A DNA stretch of 64,000 nt from Eledone cirrhosa (Eukaryota), in the NCBI GenBank assembly GCA_964016885.1, contig OZ024740.1:71920001-71984000 (forward strand). The letters run 5' to 3'. Made by a program: the position numbers and the translations under genes. Positions 39,097-51,780 of the stretch are shown here, in pieces (within the stretch, counting starts at the first letter, position 1; every line of letters starts with the position of its first letter). The notes under the pieces were generated by a model, which made no database searches, had not been told where the DNA came from, and saw only the letters and a list, made by a program, of their open reading frames with translations.

Positions 39097-40338
39097 ATAT
39101 AATAAGAAGTTTGAGGAGTTTTAATAATTTGTTTTACTCTACACTTTCTGACTCAGTAATGTTTTGGGAATAATATTTTGTCGATCTACTGTTCTTAAGT
39201 TATTGTATCTGTGGTGTTTATTATCCTAAGCCAATTGTATCAACCCCAGTACTTATATTATTGATTCCTTCTTTGTTGAACCACTAAGTTAGGGAGCATA
39301 AACACACACTCACACACATGCATGCACACCCACATACATATGCACACACACACATGCACACACACACAGACACATACACATACTCACACATACATATACA
39401 AGCATCACTCAGTCCACCCAGTAATGTAGTCATACTGGTGCCATGACAAAAAGCACCCAGTCCACACAGTATGGTAGTCGTGCTTGTGCCATGACAAAAA
39501 AAAAACCCAGTCCACTCTGTAAGGTGGTCATGCTGGAGTCATGATGAAAAAGTACCCAGTCTAACCTGTCTGTTGGTCATTCATTTTGGTGCTGTGACCA
39601 AAGCACAGTGTGAATGGGTATGTTTTATTGTGGGACCAGCACTACCAGTTTACAAGGTGGTCTAGGTGATTTTTGTCATGGTTTTAGTGTGGGCTGAGTA
39701 CGTTTATTGTGACACGAGCATTACCACTTTACAACACTCCGGTCCACATTGTGCCCTTGGCCATGCTGTGAAGATAGTGATAGGAGTGGGAGGAATGAAA
39801 GCATGAGGCAAGCTACTTGCCAAGGGAAGTGGTCATGCCATAGAGGTAAATGGAAGGGAAGGTAAGTGTTGGGTCGTGGAGGTGAGATTGAAGAGAGTAG
39901 GTGATGTCTGGCATTACATTGTGGGTGGTACTTGTCTTTTTTTGCTGTCATGGTTAGATAAAGAGGAAGATTAAGGAAGAGGGGGGCCAGAGATCAAGAG
40001 TGTGAGAGGAATGACAAGAAGGATGGTGGTTGGATAGTAAGGGAGGAAATGTTGGAAGAGGGTATATTGTCAGAGAACACCTAAAAATTGCTACACCTCT
40101 TTTTCATGCAACTAACCTTCAATTCTCATTTTACCCTGCTTCTGTGGAAGGCAAGTTTTTTATTATATGTCACCAGTCAACTTGATCTATGCCATCTCTT
40201 TTGTGAGGTTCAGCTGTATAAAGTCAACTTTCACTACATCATATATATATTGGGTCATTTAATATGAAATTTGTAAAAATTTGTTTTTTTTCTACAAATG
40301 TCTACAAATTTCATAATTGACGACCCAATACACACACA

Positions 40339-40383
<45 letters not shown>

Positions 40384-40389
40384 ACGCAC

Positions 40390-40420
<31 letters not shown>

Positions 40421-40429
40421 TGCATGCAC

Positions 40430-40780
40430 AGATGTGAGTCATGGACATTAACAAAACATTCTCACAAAGAGGATCAATGGCACGTTCATACAAATGCTGA
40501 GAAAGGTCCAGAGCATCTCCTGGAGAACATACACAGCAAATAATTCACTTTATGGTTCATATCCTCACTTTTCTGACATCATAAGGCGTAGGAGACTCGC
40601 ATTAGCCAAATATGTGAAATGTCACATTTACATTTAACCTGGAAACCAGATGTATGTAGATAACCAACTGTCACATTGAAGAATGTTCCTGAACATAGCT
40701 CTAGGTTGAAGTAAAGAGAACTTCAAATGGCAATGCTTGACAGGATAAGCTGGAGGAAGAACTTCATTATAGCACCAGTA
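40430..40780 (+). mobile_element. Highly degenerate RTE-clade LINE C-terminal fragment
   Basis: CESWTLTK, MLRKVQSISW and IIRRRRLALA remnants. Confidence 0.55.
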
Positions 40781-40809
40781 ACACACGTTTTAACTATATA
40801 TATATATAT

Positions 40810-41290
40810 ATAGGAATGAAAAATGGTGTGCTGTGTTGTTGCAAATGTGATATACAAATTAAAATGAAGAATTAGAAATAGAAGCCAGGACTATCCATCA
40901 TCAGTGGTCTACTAGCCATCATAGGTATTTCTTCGCATTAAAGACCAGATACCTCAGGCTAGCACGAACAATAACTAAAATAAGTTATTGGGATAAAAAG
41001 AATTGGGTGGAGAAAGAGAGACAGGTAAATAAACACAAATGGTGAGGCAATGTAAAGAGAGGAAAAAATGAGAAAATCAAGTCAATGATTCATTTGAACA
41101 TAAGAACTTGCGAATATTGACGAGCAGATGAGAGACACATCCCAACCATGCGAAAGTAAGCAAGGAAAGAATTCCGCACGGTGTGGGACGATGGAGGAAG
41201 TGAGAGAGAGGGTGAGTAGCAGAGAGTGAGTGAGGGAAAGTGTGAGGAAGAGGCTAGCCGAGAGAGGGTGACTAGCAGAGGGGGGTGAAT
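40810..41290 (-). mobile_element. Second copy of the 28236-28880 family
   Basis: Shared blocks cccctctgc.agtcac, tttaa.gcga.gaaatacc.atga.ggct...cactgatga.gga and catttgcaac.ac.cagcac.cc. Confidence 0.75.
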
Positions 41291-41292
41291 AC

Positions 41293-41651
41293 ATCATCAT
41301 CATCTCATCATCATCTTCGTTTAACGTCCATTTTCCACGCTAGCATGGGTTAGACGGGAGTTGTCCCACTTGAGGCAAGGCTGATTGGGTGACCATGTCT
41401 CGCTCATATAGAACTATCTGGCAGGTTTTCTACGGCTGGATGCCCTTCCTAACACCAACCACATTTACAGTGTGGAACTGGGAACTTTTTACCATGTTAC
41501 CTACACGGCCACATTACAGCGTGGACTGTGTGTGTTTTTTTGTCGTGACACCTACACGATCTCGATCTCATTTTCTTGTGCTGTTGGTGGGAGTGGGAGA
41601 AAATGAGATCGAGATTGTGTAGGTGTCACAACAAAAAAAAAACACACACAG
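41293..41651 (-). mobile_element. RTE 3' UTR fragment with fold-back inverted duplication at its 5' end
   Basis: Arms 41526-41576 and 41598-41651. Confidence 0.85.
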
Positions 41652-41743
41652 ACATATATATATATATACATACATACATATATATATGTGTGTGTGTGTG
41701 TGTATATCATCATCATCTTCGTTTAATGTCTACTTTCCACGCT

Positions 41744-41809
<66 letters not shown>

Positions 41810-41941
41810 ATATATATATGTTATATATATGTTATATATATATATATATAGTGTGGGTAGCAGGTTGATATGCAATAAATATCTTTTATATGTAAACAAA
41901 ACTTTAGCGTTTTTTTTCTATTATATGTATATATATATATA

Positions 41942-42440
41942 TCATCATCATCATCATCACCATTTTACGTCTGCTTTTCCCTGCTTGCAAGGGTGGGATA
42001 GGTCCTTTTCAGCACAGTCTTTCTCCATTTATCACGGTCCCTCATCATCTCCTCTGTGAGCTTCAGTGATCCAAGGTCAGCTCTCACCACCTCCACTCAT
42101 TTTTTTGTGGTCTTTCTCTACTGCTTCTTCCTTCCACTGAGAATTCTTGGCACTTCTTCATCAGCGGTCAGCCTCCATGCACATTACATGTCTATACCAA
42201 CGCAGTCTTCTCTCCCGCACACTACAGTTTATCCTTCTTATACACAGTTTCACTCTCAACTCATCTATGATGCATCGCACATCTCACACAGGCATCATAC
42301 AACTGTCCTTTCGTTCATAGGGAGAAACCCTTTGTTCTCAACAGAGGAAGCAGCTTCCTAAACTTCTTCCATCCTGTCCTTATTCTAGATACTATGGCCT
42401 CGGAGCATCCTCCTCTCATGCTAATCTGATCACCTCAGTA
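41942..42440 (-). mobile_element. Degenerate RTE LINE 3' fragment (third family)
   Basis: LRWYRHVM remnant, gctgaaaag 3' end shared with 59055-59210, (CAT)n tail. Confidence 0.75.
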
Positions 42441-42921
42441 TCTACAACACAACTATCATCACACATCAAACAACACACATACTAAAAGGAGCTGGGATAA
42501 TTATTATTAATATGAAATAAATGTTTTTTGAGGGTGGTGGTGGTGCTTTTTTCTATTTTGAATAAATGAACAAAAAAAGGCTAAATTTAACAGTTACTAT
42601 CACTTTTTCTAAAAAAAAAAAATCCAAATAGAATCCCAGGAATGTTTATATACAAAAAACAAGAATGAGTTGTCAGTATTATGTCAATGGAAAGTTTTAT
42701 TGATTTATAATCTTAAAACCTAATATAAAAAAATGATATGTCATCATCTATTTATATGACTAAGTTCTTTATCAAAGAATTTTCTGTAGAAATTATTTTT
42801 AGTACTGTTTTTTTAAATATATTTTTTGATTTCCCATCGATAATATATTTTCGGAATCTTGATGAAGCCCACCTAAAGATTAAGACTTTAGTGATGCTGT
42901 TCTTTATTGACTATTCTTATT

Positions 42922-42931
42922 GTAGTAGTAA

Positions 42932-42995
<64 letters not shown>

Positions 42996-43034
42996 GGTGG
43001 TGGTGGTGGTGGTGGTGGTGGTGGCGGCGGCGGC

Positions 43035-43065
<31 letters not shown>

Positions 43066-43081
43066 TTGATGTTGATGTTGA

Positions 43082-43113
<32 letters not shown>

Positions 43114-43335
43114 ATGGTGGTGGTGGTGGTGGTGGTGGTGGTAGCGGTGGCGGTGGTGGTGGTGGTGGTGGTGATGATGATGGTGATGGTGATGATGATG
43201 AGGATGATGATGATCATCATGATGTTGGTAATAATGATGGTGATGATGATAATGATGATGATGATAATGATGATGGTGATGGTGATGATAACAGTGATGA
43301 TGGTGATGATGATGATCCACACACTCACACACACA

Positions 43336-43367
<32 letters not shown>

Positions 43368-43415
43368 GGTAGACAGATAGATGGATAGATACATAGACAG
43401 ACAGGTAGATAGATA
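42922..43415. repeat. (TAG)n(GGT)n(GAT)n compound triplet array and (GATA)n
   Basis: Directly visible. Confidence 0.95.
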
Positions 43416-44135
43416 AATTTCTTTATTAGCCACAAGGGCACAAAAGTAGGGGACAAATGGGGAGTTTACATACAGGTATATGAAAATAAAACTATTAATA
43501 AAATAACAAATAACAATTGAAATCCCCAATAGGGGGGAGGCGTTACACAGGGGTTGTACACACCCCGAAAAAATGTACAACCCTCATCTCCTGGAGCGCC
43601 AAGAGGGAGTACACCCTTCCTCTCTTTCTCTTTTTCCTCAGCCTACAGGCTGATATAGAGAGAAGGCCCAACCTCTCGGGCCATCTTTGCCACATTCACC
43701 CACCTTTTATAAAATTTGCTGGGGTACAGCACCTCTCTCTCCATCCTGATTCTTCTTCCAAAATGATATTTGAAAAAACGAATCAGTTGCTCGCCGGAGA
43801 GAAAGGTGTCTGACATCAGCCCTTTTAACCTCGTCCACCATATAACCTCTTTCACCATAGCCATAACACATAGGAAAACCACCTCTCCTCCTTTTGAAGG
43901 CGGGTGGCGGTTTGATCATGACAATGGACTCAGTGGTCAACTGGATTGGTCCCACCCACGACAATAGTCGTTCTATATAGCCCCACAGGTTGGTAACGCC
44001 TGGGCAGTGTACAAATGCGTGTGCGACGGTTTTCTCATCGCGCACGCATCTCAGAGATATCTTTTTCGAAGGGTCCCTGCCCGTGCACCCGTGTCTGTAG
44101 AGCTTGTCTCGAACTGGTAGAGCTCCTACCAAGGT
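43415..44135 (-). mobile_element. L1/Tx1-like LINE 3' fragment, same family as 35564-39096
   Basis: GALPVRDKLYRHG, HCPGVTNLW, VKEVIWWTR; shared tail gcccttgtggctaataaagaaat. Confidence 0.92.
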
Positions 44136-44959
44136 TCTACCGAACAGACGCGGAAGGTTCTACCGAACAGACAACAGGTAGATAGATAGATACATGTGTG
44201 TGCACCTATGTGTGTGAATGTGTGTGTGTGTGAGTGAGTGTGCGTATGTGTGATTGTGTGAATGGGTGAGTGAGTGTGTGTGTGTGAATGCATGTGTGAA
44301 TGTGTATGTGAATGTATTTGTAAGTGAATGTGTGAGTGTATGAATGTGTGTGCACATGTGTATGTGAATATGTGTGTGTGTGAATGTATATGTGTGAATG
44401 TATATGTGTGTGTATGTGAATATGTGTGTGTGTGTGTGAATGTATAAGTGTATGTGTGTGTGTGAGAGCATGCGCTTGTCTGTGAATATATGGTTATGTG
44501 AATGTATGTATGTGAATGCGTGTATACAATAAAAGCTGAACGAATTACCACTATTACATAAGAATATTAAACCAATGAAATGAAGCGGATAGATATATCA
44601 CCTTACTCAATGTTGTATAAAAATCACCCTATTTTGGGGGTTGTTTGAAGACTTTGGACATTACTGTTTGTTTTAAATTGCTTTTATCCATTTCATTGAC
44701 CCACTAACCCTATATTTAACAACTTGACTGGAATACCTCCAGAGATACATGTTGATGTAGTTGTTTTATTTTATTCACAGTTAATTTATTCTCAAATCTT
44801 AATCATTTGCTATCTCCTTGATAGCATTTCTGTGTATGAAATATGATTAACTTATCATAAAGCTACAGTGCTAGAATGACTTGTACTTTAGTCTAAAGTA
44901 CATTATCATCATCATCATCATCATCATCATACTGATCAGGATCAGGATCATCATTCACA

Positions 44960-45545
44960 TCAAAAAACACCCAATCCACTCTGTAAGGTGGTAGTGCCTG
45001 CACCACATCAAAAAGCCCCTAGTCCACCCTGTAAGGTGGTAGTGCTGGTTTCATAACCCAAAACACCCAGTCTAGCCTGTAAAATAGTAGAGCTGGCACC
45101 TCATCAAAAAGCTCCCAATTCACCTTGTTAAATGGTAGTGCTGGTTTCATGACAAAAAAGCTCCCAGCCTACCCTTTTAAGTGGTAGTGATGGTGCCTAT
45201 AAAAATGCTTCATGTACACAGTGTAAAGAGGTTGATGTTAGGAAGGGCATCCATCCATAGAAAACCTAGCCAAAAATGGATCATATGAATAAAACATGGT
45301 CATCTAACCTGGTTAACCTCATAACATGATGACCCATCTAACTCATGCAATCATAGAAAATAGATGTTAAATGATGGTGCCGATGACAATGATGCCTCGC
45401 TTTTAAATGGTTACACCATATCCCTGAGTGTTGTAAGAAGCAACTAAAAAGGTTGACATCAGGAAAGGCATCTGTTTGTAAAACATTATCTTAAAACTTC
45501 CCATCCAACCCATGGAAGAGTAAACGTATAAACAATGATGAATAT
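44960..45545 (+). mobile_element. Degenerate RTE 3' UTR-derived modules in tandem
   Basis: Repeated aaaa.cacccagtccac.ctgtaa.gtggtagtg units ending in ggaagggcatcc; similar array at 39410-39580. Confidence 0.6.
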
Positions 45546-45947
45546 GATGATATATATTTGTGTGCATGTGTGTGTGTATGTGTGTGTGTTTCTCTATGTG
45601 TCAGAGTGTGTGTATATGTGTGTATGTGTGTATGTATGAGTGTGTATATGTGTGTATGTGTGTATGTGTGTGTGTGTTTGTATGTGTGTGTACCTGAATG
45701 TGCATGTGTGTCTGTATGTGTATGTATGCCTGTCTGTCTGTGTGTGTATCTTTATGTGTATGTCTGTGTGTGTGAGTGTGCAGATGTCTATGTTTGTGTG
45801 AGTGTTGGTATGTCTGTGTGTGTGTAAGATGTTATAACATTAGATAAAATGTCTGACAGTATTTCTTATTTATTCTGACTTTCTTCACTCTGAGTTCAAA
45901 TTCTGTCAAGGAGGTCAACTTCATCTTTCATTATTTTAGCGGTCAAA

Positions 45948-46138
45948 GGCGGTGGATTGGCAGTATCGGTAGAGGGTCGGACGCCATGCTTTGACGCATA
46001 GAGTTACGGTCCTTGCCATTCTGAGTTCAAATCCCGCCGAGGTTTACTTTGCCTTTCATCCTTACGGGGTCGATAAAATAAAGTACCAGTAATGCACTGG
46101 GTAATTGCTGTCCTTGTGCCAAAAGTAGAAACAATTAT
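45948..46138 (+). mobile_element. Full-length tRNA-derived SINE
   Basis: ggcggtggattggcagtatcgg (A box), gagttcaaatccc (B box), Meta-like core, tail. Confidence 0.92.
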
Positions 46139-46289
46139 TTCAGCGGTCAATAGAGCAGTGATTAACAATAATCAGTAGAGCGTCGAACAATATGCTACGC
46201 GGCATATAATTATAGCCCATTATAATTTGAGTTCAAATCCCACCAAGATTAGCTTGTCTTTCATCCTTATGGGATTGATAAAATAAAGT

Positions 46290-49200
46290 CGGTGCTACAA
46301 ATTTTTCTGGGTGGGAAATGACGATGGGATGGGTGGTGTAGGTATACTACTAGCTGACAAGTGGGTAGATAAAGTAATCCCAGTGTACAGGGTAAATGCA
46401 AGAATCATTAAACTCAGACTAGTCCTGAATAAAACAATTACCACAATAATATCAGCTTACGCACCCCAATCGGGGCTGCCAGACGAACTTAAGGATAGGT
46501 TTTATGAGTCCCTAATGCACACTACTGCTCTAACAGATGACAATGACTTCTTAATCATCGCAGGAGATTTTAACGGACACGTAGGTAAACACTGCGACGG
46601 CTTCAATAGAGTACATGGAGGCCATGGGGTTGGCACAAGAAACGAGGAAGGATTCAGACTTCTAGAATTCTGCGACGCCAATGACATGTCGATATGTAAC
46701 ACAAACTTTAAAAAACCCGACAACCACCTGATCACCTATAGATCAGGGGAGCACTCTAGTCAGATAGATTTTGTCCTCATCAGAGGACGTGACAGATGGA
46801 CGGTCGTAAACACAAAAGCCTTCCCTAGTGAGGAATGTACATCCCAACATAGCTTAGTTGTCAGCGACCTCACAGTCAGAACTAGACGAACCTGGAAACA
46901 GAGGCCAACCTGGAGAAGAAAGATCTGGAAGCTGAAAGACTCCTCAACCAGTAACAGATTTAAAGATATTTTACTCAACGCCTACGACAGTAAAGAAGAA
47001 CAGATAGAGACAATCAATGTAGAAGAGAACTGGGAGTTCCTAAAAAATAACTTACTAGAGGCGACGGATGAGGTCTGTGGCTGGAGTAAGACCTCAAGCA
47101 GGAGGAGAGTGACTTGGTGGTGGAACAATAAGGTAGATGAGGCAGTTAAGGCCAAGAGACAGGCATGGAAAGAATGGAAGAATGGGGAGAGCAAGGTATA
47201 TTACATAGAGACAAGAGGGAAGCTAGGCGACAAGTATACTTAGCTAGGAGGGAAGCAGAGGATAGAAAATTCAAGCATGTTTTGTAACGTGAGGACCAGA
47301 CACAGGAGGTGTTCAAGATTGCGAGGCAGTGTGTCAGAGAGAGTTGTATGTCATTGGAGAGAAGTGTATCCGGAATGATAAAGGTGAGCTTGCCCTCACA
47401 AGTGCTGAGAAGAAAGATGCATGGAAGAGTCATTATGATAGATTACTAAATGAGGAGAATGCATGGGAAGAAGAGACCCTACCCCAAGTAGACCCTATAG
47501 ATGGGCCAGCAGTACAAGTCAGCAGCAACGTAGTAAGTAAGGCAATCAAAGATATGAAGATGGGGAAGGCAACCGGTCCATCGGGTATAGCTGCCGAGAT
47601 GCTGAAGGCATCTGGGTCTGTAGGTCACACTATAACCACACGTATTGTTAACCAGGTAATACTAGAAGGTGTCATACCAAAAGATTGGTGCAGTAGCATC
47701 ATTGTCAACTGCTACAAAGGTAAAGGTGATGCACTAGATAGAGGAAACTATAGAGGTATAAAGCTGATGGACCAGGTCATGAAAGTCACAAAAAGAGTTA
47801 TAGCACAGTTGATTAGGGACCGGGTGAAAATAGACGAGATGCAATTTGGGTTTGTACCAGGAAGAGGCACCACTGATGCCCTCTTCCTTGTGAGACAGCT
47901 ACAGGAAAAGTACCTAGCTAAAAGTAAGCCACTCTACTTGGCATTTGTCGACCTTGAGAAAGCCTTTGACAGAGTTCCACATGCTGTAATCTGGTGGGCT
48001 CTTAGAAAACTAGGAGTAGATGAATGGCTTGTGAAAGCGGTACAAGCCATGTATAGGGGAGCAGTCAGCAAAGTTAGGATTAGCAATGAGTATAGCGAGG
48101 AATTTAGCGTACAGGTTGGGGTCCACCAGGGCTCTGTTCTTAGCCCTCTCCTGTTCATCATAGTCCTGCAGGCAATAACGGAGGAGTTTAAGACCGGATG
48201 CCCATGGGAACTCCTGTATGCTGATGACCTCGCACTTATAGCTGAATCTATGGTAGAACTAGAGAATAAATTTCAAACTTGGGAGCAGGGACTAGAAAGA
48301 AAGGGTCTCAAAGTCAACATGACAAAGACTAAGGTCCTTGTAAGTAGACGAGAAAACAGAACCCAGATCCCCTCAGGGAAATGGCCTTGCTCAGTATGTA
48401 GGAAAGGTGTAGGTAGGAACTCCATTCTCTGCTGCAAATGCAAACAGTGGGTACACAAGAGATGTAGCGGGATCTCAGGAAACTTAATTAAGAATGTAGG
48501 CTTCACATGCAGCAGCTGTGCTGGGACAGCAAGCAGCAAACAGCCACAGGAAACAAGCACCACCAATCTCTGGGAGGGCTCTGTAGAAACAGTATACAGC
48601 TTCTGCTACCTAGGTGACCGAATTAGCACCGGAGGTGGGTGTTCAGAAAGTACAATAACTAGGGTAAGAACGGGATGGAAGAAGTTTAGGGAGCTACTAC
48701 CACTGCTAGCTGCAAAAGGCTTCTCCTTCAGAATGAAAGGCAGACTGTATGATGCGTGTATCTGAACAGCGATGTTGCATGGTAGTGAGACCTGGGCGCT
48801 GAAGGTGGAAGACTTACGTAGATTAGAAAGAAACGAAGCCTGCATGCTCCGATGGATGTGTAATAGTAATATACGCGAACGACAAAGCATAAATGAATTG
48901 AGAGAGAGACTGAGCATAAGAGGAATCAAATGCTGTGTGCAGGAGAGGCAGTTGCGTTGGTATGGACATGTGATGCGTATGAAGGATGACAGCTGCATAA
49001 AAAGGTGCAGAGCACTAGAAGTCGATGGAAACCGTGGAGTGGGGAGACCCAAGAAGACCTGGGATGAGGTGATAAAAGCCGACCTTACCCAATTACACCT
49101 CTCAAAGGCAATGACACACGACCGTGACCTCTGGCGTCACGCAGTAATACAGAGTACCCGACCTCCCATGGGTACAAGCTGAAGCATATAGACAATATGC

Positions 49201-49474
49201 CCCCACACCCCTCACCGCAAGGTGGTCGTGGAGGTGCCACGGCAAAAAAAGCACCCAGCCCACACTGTAAAGTGGACGTGTAGGCGCCACGAAAAAGCAC
49301 CCAGCACTCACTGTAAATGAGGTTGGTGTTAGGAAGGGCATCCAGCTGTAGAAATCAAGCCAAATCAGTTCCTGTATGAACAAGGCATGGTCAGCTGACC
49401 AGACACTGCCCACAACAGGACAACCCGTCTAACCCATGCTAGCGTGGAAGAACGGACGTAAAACAGTGATGATG
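46290..49474 (+). mobile_element. RTE LINE, ~3.2 kb (EN + RT + C-terminus), inserted into a SINE with TSD aaagt
   Basis: ORFs 46311-47243, 47329-48765 (YADD) and 48772-49182. The SINE is split at ...gataaaataaagt | aaagtaccagtaatacactgg. Confidence 0.96.
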
Positions 49475-49609
49475 AAAGTACCAGTAATACACTGGGGTTG
49501 ATTTAATCAACTTCCTCCTCGCCTTCAACTTGCTGGCCTTGTGCCTAAAGTAGAAACAATTATTTTTTTTTTTTCCATTTGATTTCCATTTTATTCCATC
49601 TTCTGGACG

Positions 49610-50470
49610 GGTCTCAACGGCACGTTGTATACATTAGATGGAGAAAAACTTCCTGAGAAGGTAAGGAGTTGTCAGCACAATTTTCTTAACCTTGTAGATT
49701 GTTGGGATTTGGTCAAAAAATTTGTTGGTACCTTTCTTGATCATTCCCAGGGAACCCACAGCAGAGATGATTTTAGTTTTTCATTGCTACATCCTAGATA
49801 TCTCAGTCTGAAGGTCCTTGTATTTAGATAGTTTCTCAAATTCTTTTGCTGGAATGTTTCTATAGGCACCATCATATCAATTAACAGACATGTTCTTTGA
49901 TGACGATGTCTAGCCTATTAGTATTTATTTGCCTGTATATATGTATCCCATAATCTCCCTCGGGGAATGGCTGCGGATGGTGTCCATACCAGTTCTTAGG
50001 GTGCTGGATATCATAGTAACAGAATATGTTCCACTGCAAGTATTGGCCAACTCGATCATGCCTGGTTTTGTATTCTTAGGAACAAGGACTGAGCAACCGG
50101 CAACAATGTGGCTAATGCTCTCAAGTTTGTCATCGCAGAGTCTGCACTTTGTGTCTGCCACATTGTGCAAGACATTAGCTTGACAGTTTCTGATGAGGAA
50201 GCTCTGATCTTGAGCCACCAGCATAAATCTGTCTATTTAGGCTTTCAAACCAGTGCTATGCAGCCACTGATGGGTTCTTTTCATATCTACATCAGCTTCC
50301 CCAGCTCGTTTGGAGTATTGCCCATGCAATGGTTTTTCTTGCTACAGTCTCAACATTTCCTTCAAGCTTCATGTTTGGCTTTTGTCTTACACTTTTTTGC
50401 TGCCTTAGTGGGTGGATTGTCCTCATTATCATCATCATGATCAGGAAGGTTTGTTGAGTGTCTTCCCATA
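49610..50470 (-). mobile_element. R4/Dong-like LINE C-terminal fragment (CCHC + restriction-like endonuclease)
   Basis: AQDQS..RN, KCRLC...ESISHIVAGC, KEFEKLSKYKDL. Confidence 0.85.
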
Positions 50471-50699
50471 CCTAGGACAAGGAAATTCACTGCATACATT
50501 AGTAAGTCACAAAATAAACACACCAGATTGTTCATGTCATGCCCTTTACACAGTTATATCATTTGCTTTATACATGTGAACATTATTTGTTTAAAATCAT
50601 ATTTACAACAAAATGATATTCAATCATATAAAAGATCTCAATTATTTACAACTTTCATAATTATGGAATATAATCTAATAAAGTTAAGTAAAATAATTA

Positions 50700-51780
50700 C
50701 ATAGATGATTATCGTTCTCAGAGTGATAGTGCTCTTCTCAATACGTGTGCCATACCAATTAAAACAATCTATTGGCACTTCTTGCAGTGATGGTAACCAA
50801 GGGATCATTACAAAATAATTTTCTGTTCTTTTTTTTTATCATTCCTGGTACTGTGACTACCTTGAGATGCCACATTTTTCCAATTTCACTCTGCAAGTTT
50901 TTATATTTTCTGGGCTTGTCTAATTCTTTTACTACAATATTGTAATCACATGGAATGCTCATATCAAATGATAAATATACTTTGTTATTTTTGTCTTTTA
51001 CAATAATATCCCATCTGTTAGTTTTGATGGTTCTGTCTCTCTATACCAGAAAGTCCCAAAGAATCATTACATTTTCTCCCTCAGTTACAGCCTCAGGATG
51101 CTTATACCATTAGTCAGCAATTTTGATTTTATAATGCCAATATGTTAACCCGTGTAAATATTGGCCAACTCAGTCATGCCTCGATTTATACTCTACTGAT
51201 GCTAAAACTTTACATCCATCAGTTGCATCATTGCAGAATTGGTACTTTGGATCTACTGCATTTCTCATCACACTGGCTTGATAGTTTCAAATTAATAAGC
51301 ATTGATCTTAGGCAGCTAAGATGAAGCCTTAACTCTCTGTCTTCAGCTCTGAGCTATGTAGCTACAGATGGATGTGCTTCTGGTCAACATCAGTCTGTTT
51401 GCTATGGTCATACATTTGCATGCAGGGGTTTCTGCTCCCACCTTGTTCGTGCCCTTTTTTCTTAGCCATTAATTTTACTTGCCACATTTCCCTTGGTCTG
51501 CTCAGCCTGGATGTTAGTCATGAGATCAGTAGCAAATTTTTTGCTCTTTTTCAAGATTGTATGAAGTTTCTTACCCTCCTCATGTTTTTCAATGAATTTC
51601 AGCATCCAGTCATTTGTTATTCCAATATATTTGGCCAGTCCAATTGTGGTGGTTTTATAAGACAGTTCAAACTGAGTCAAACGTTTGCCTCCTTGAATTC
51701 TGGGAAGGTAAAGACGATCCACATCTGCTTTGGGTGGTGTATTATTACAAGTCAGCAACTTGTTTGTTTAATAAATCAAA
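50700..51780 (-). mobile_element. Second R4/Dong-like LINE fragment
   Basis: KADVDRLYLPRIQGGK.L, ILWDF, SIPCDYNIVVKELDK..KYKNLQSEIGKMW. Confidence 0.85.

Noticed and set aside
48380-48525. PHD-like Cys/His finger after the RTE RT domain
   Set aside because: Real, but a known feature of this RTE lineage and present in all copies spanning the region.
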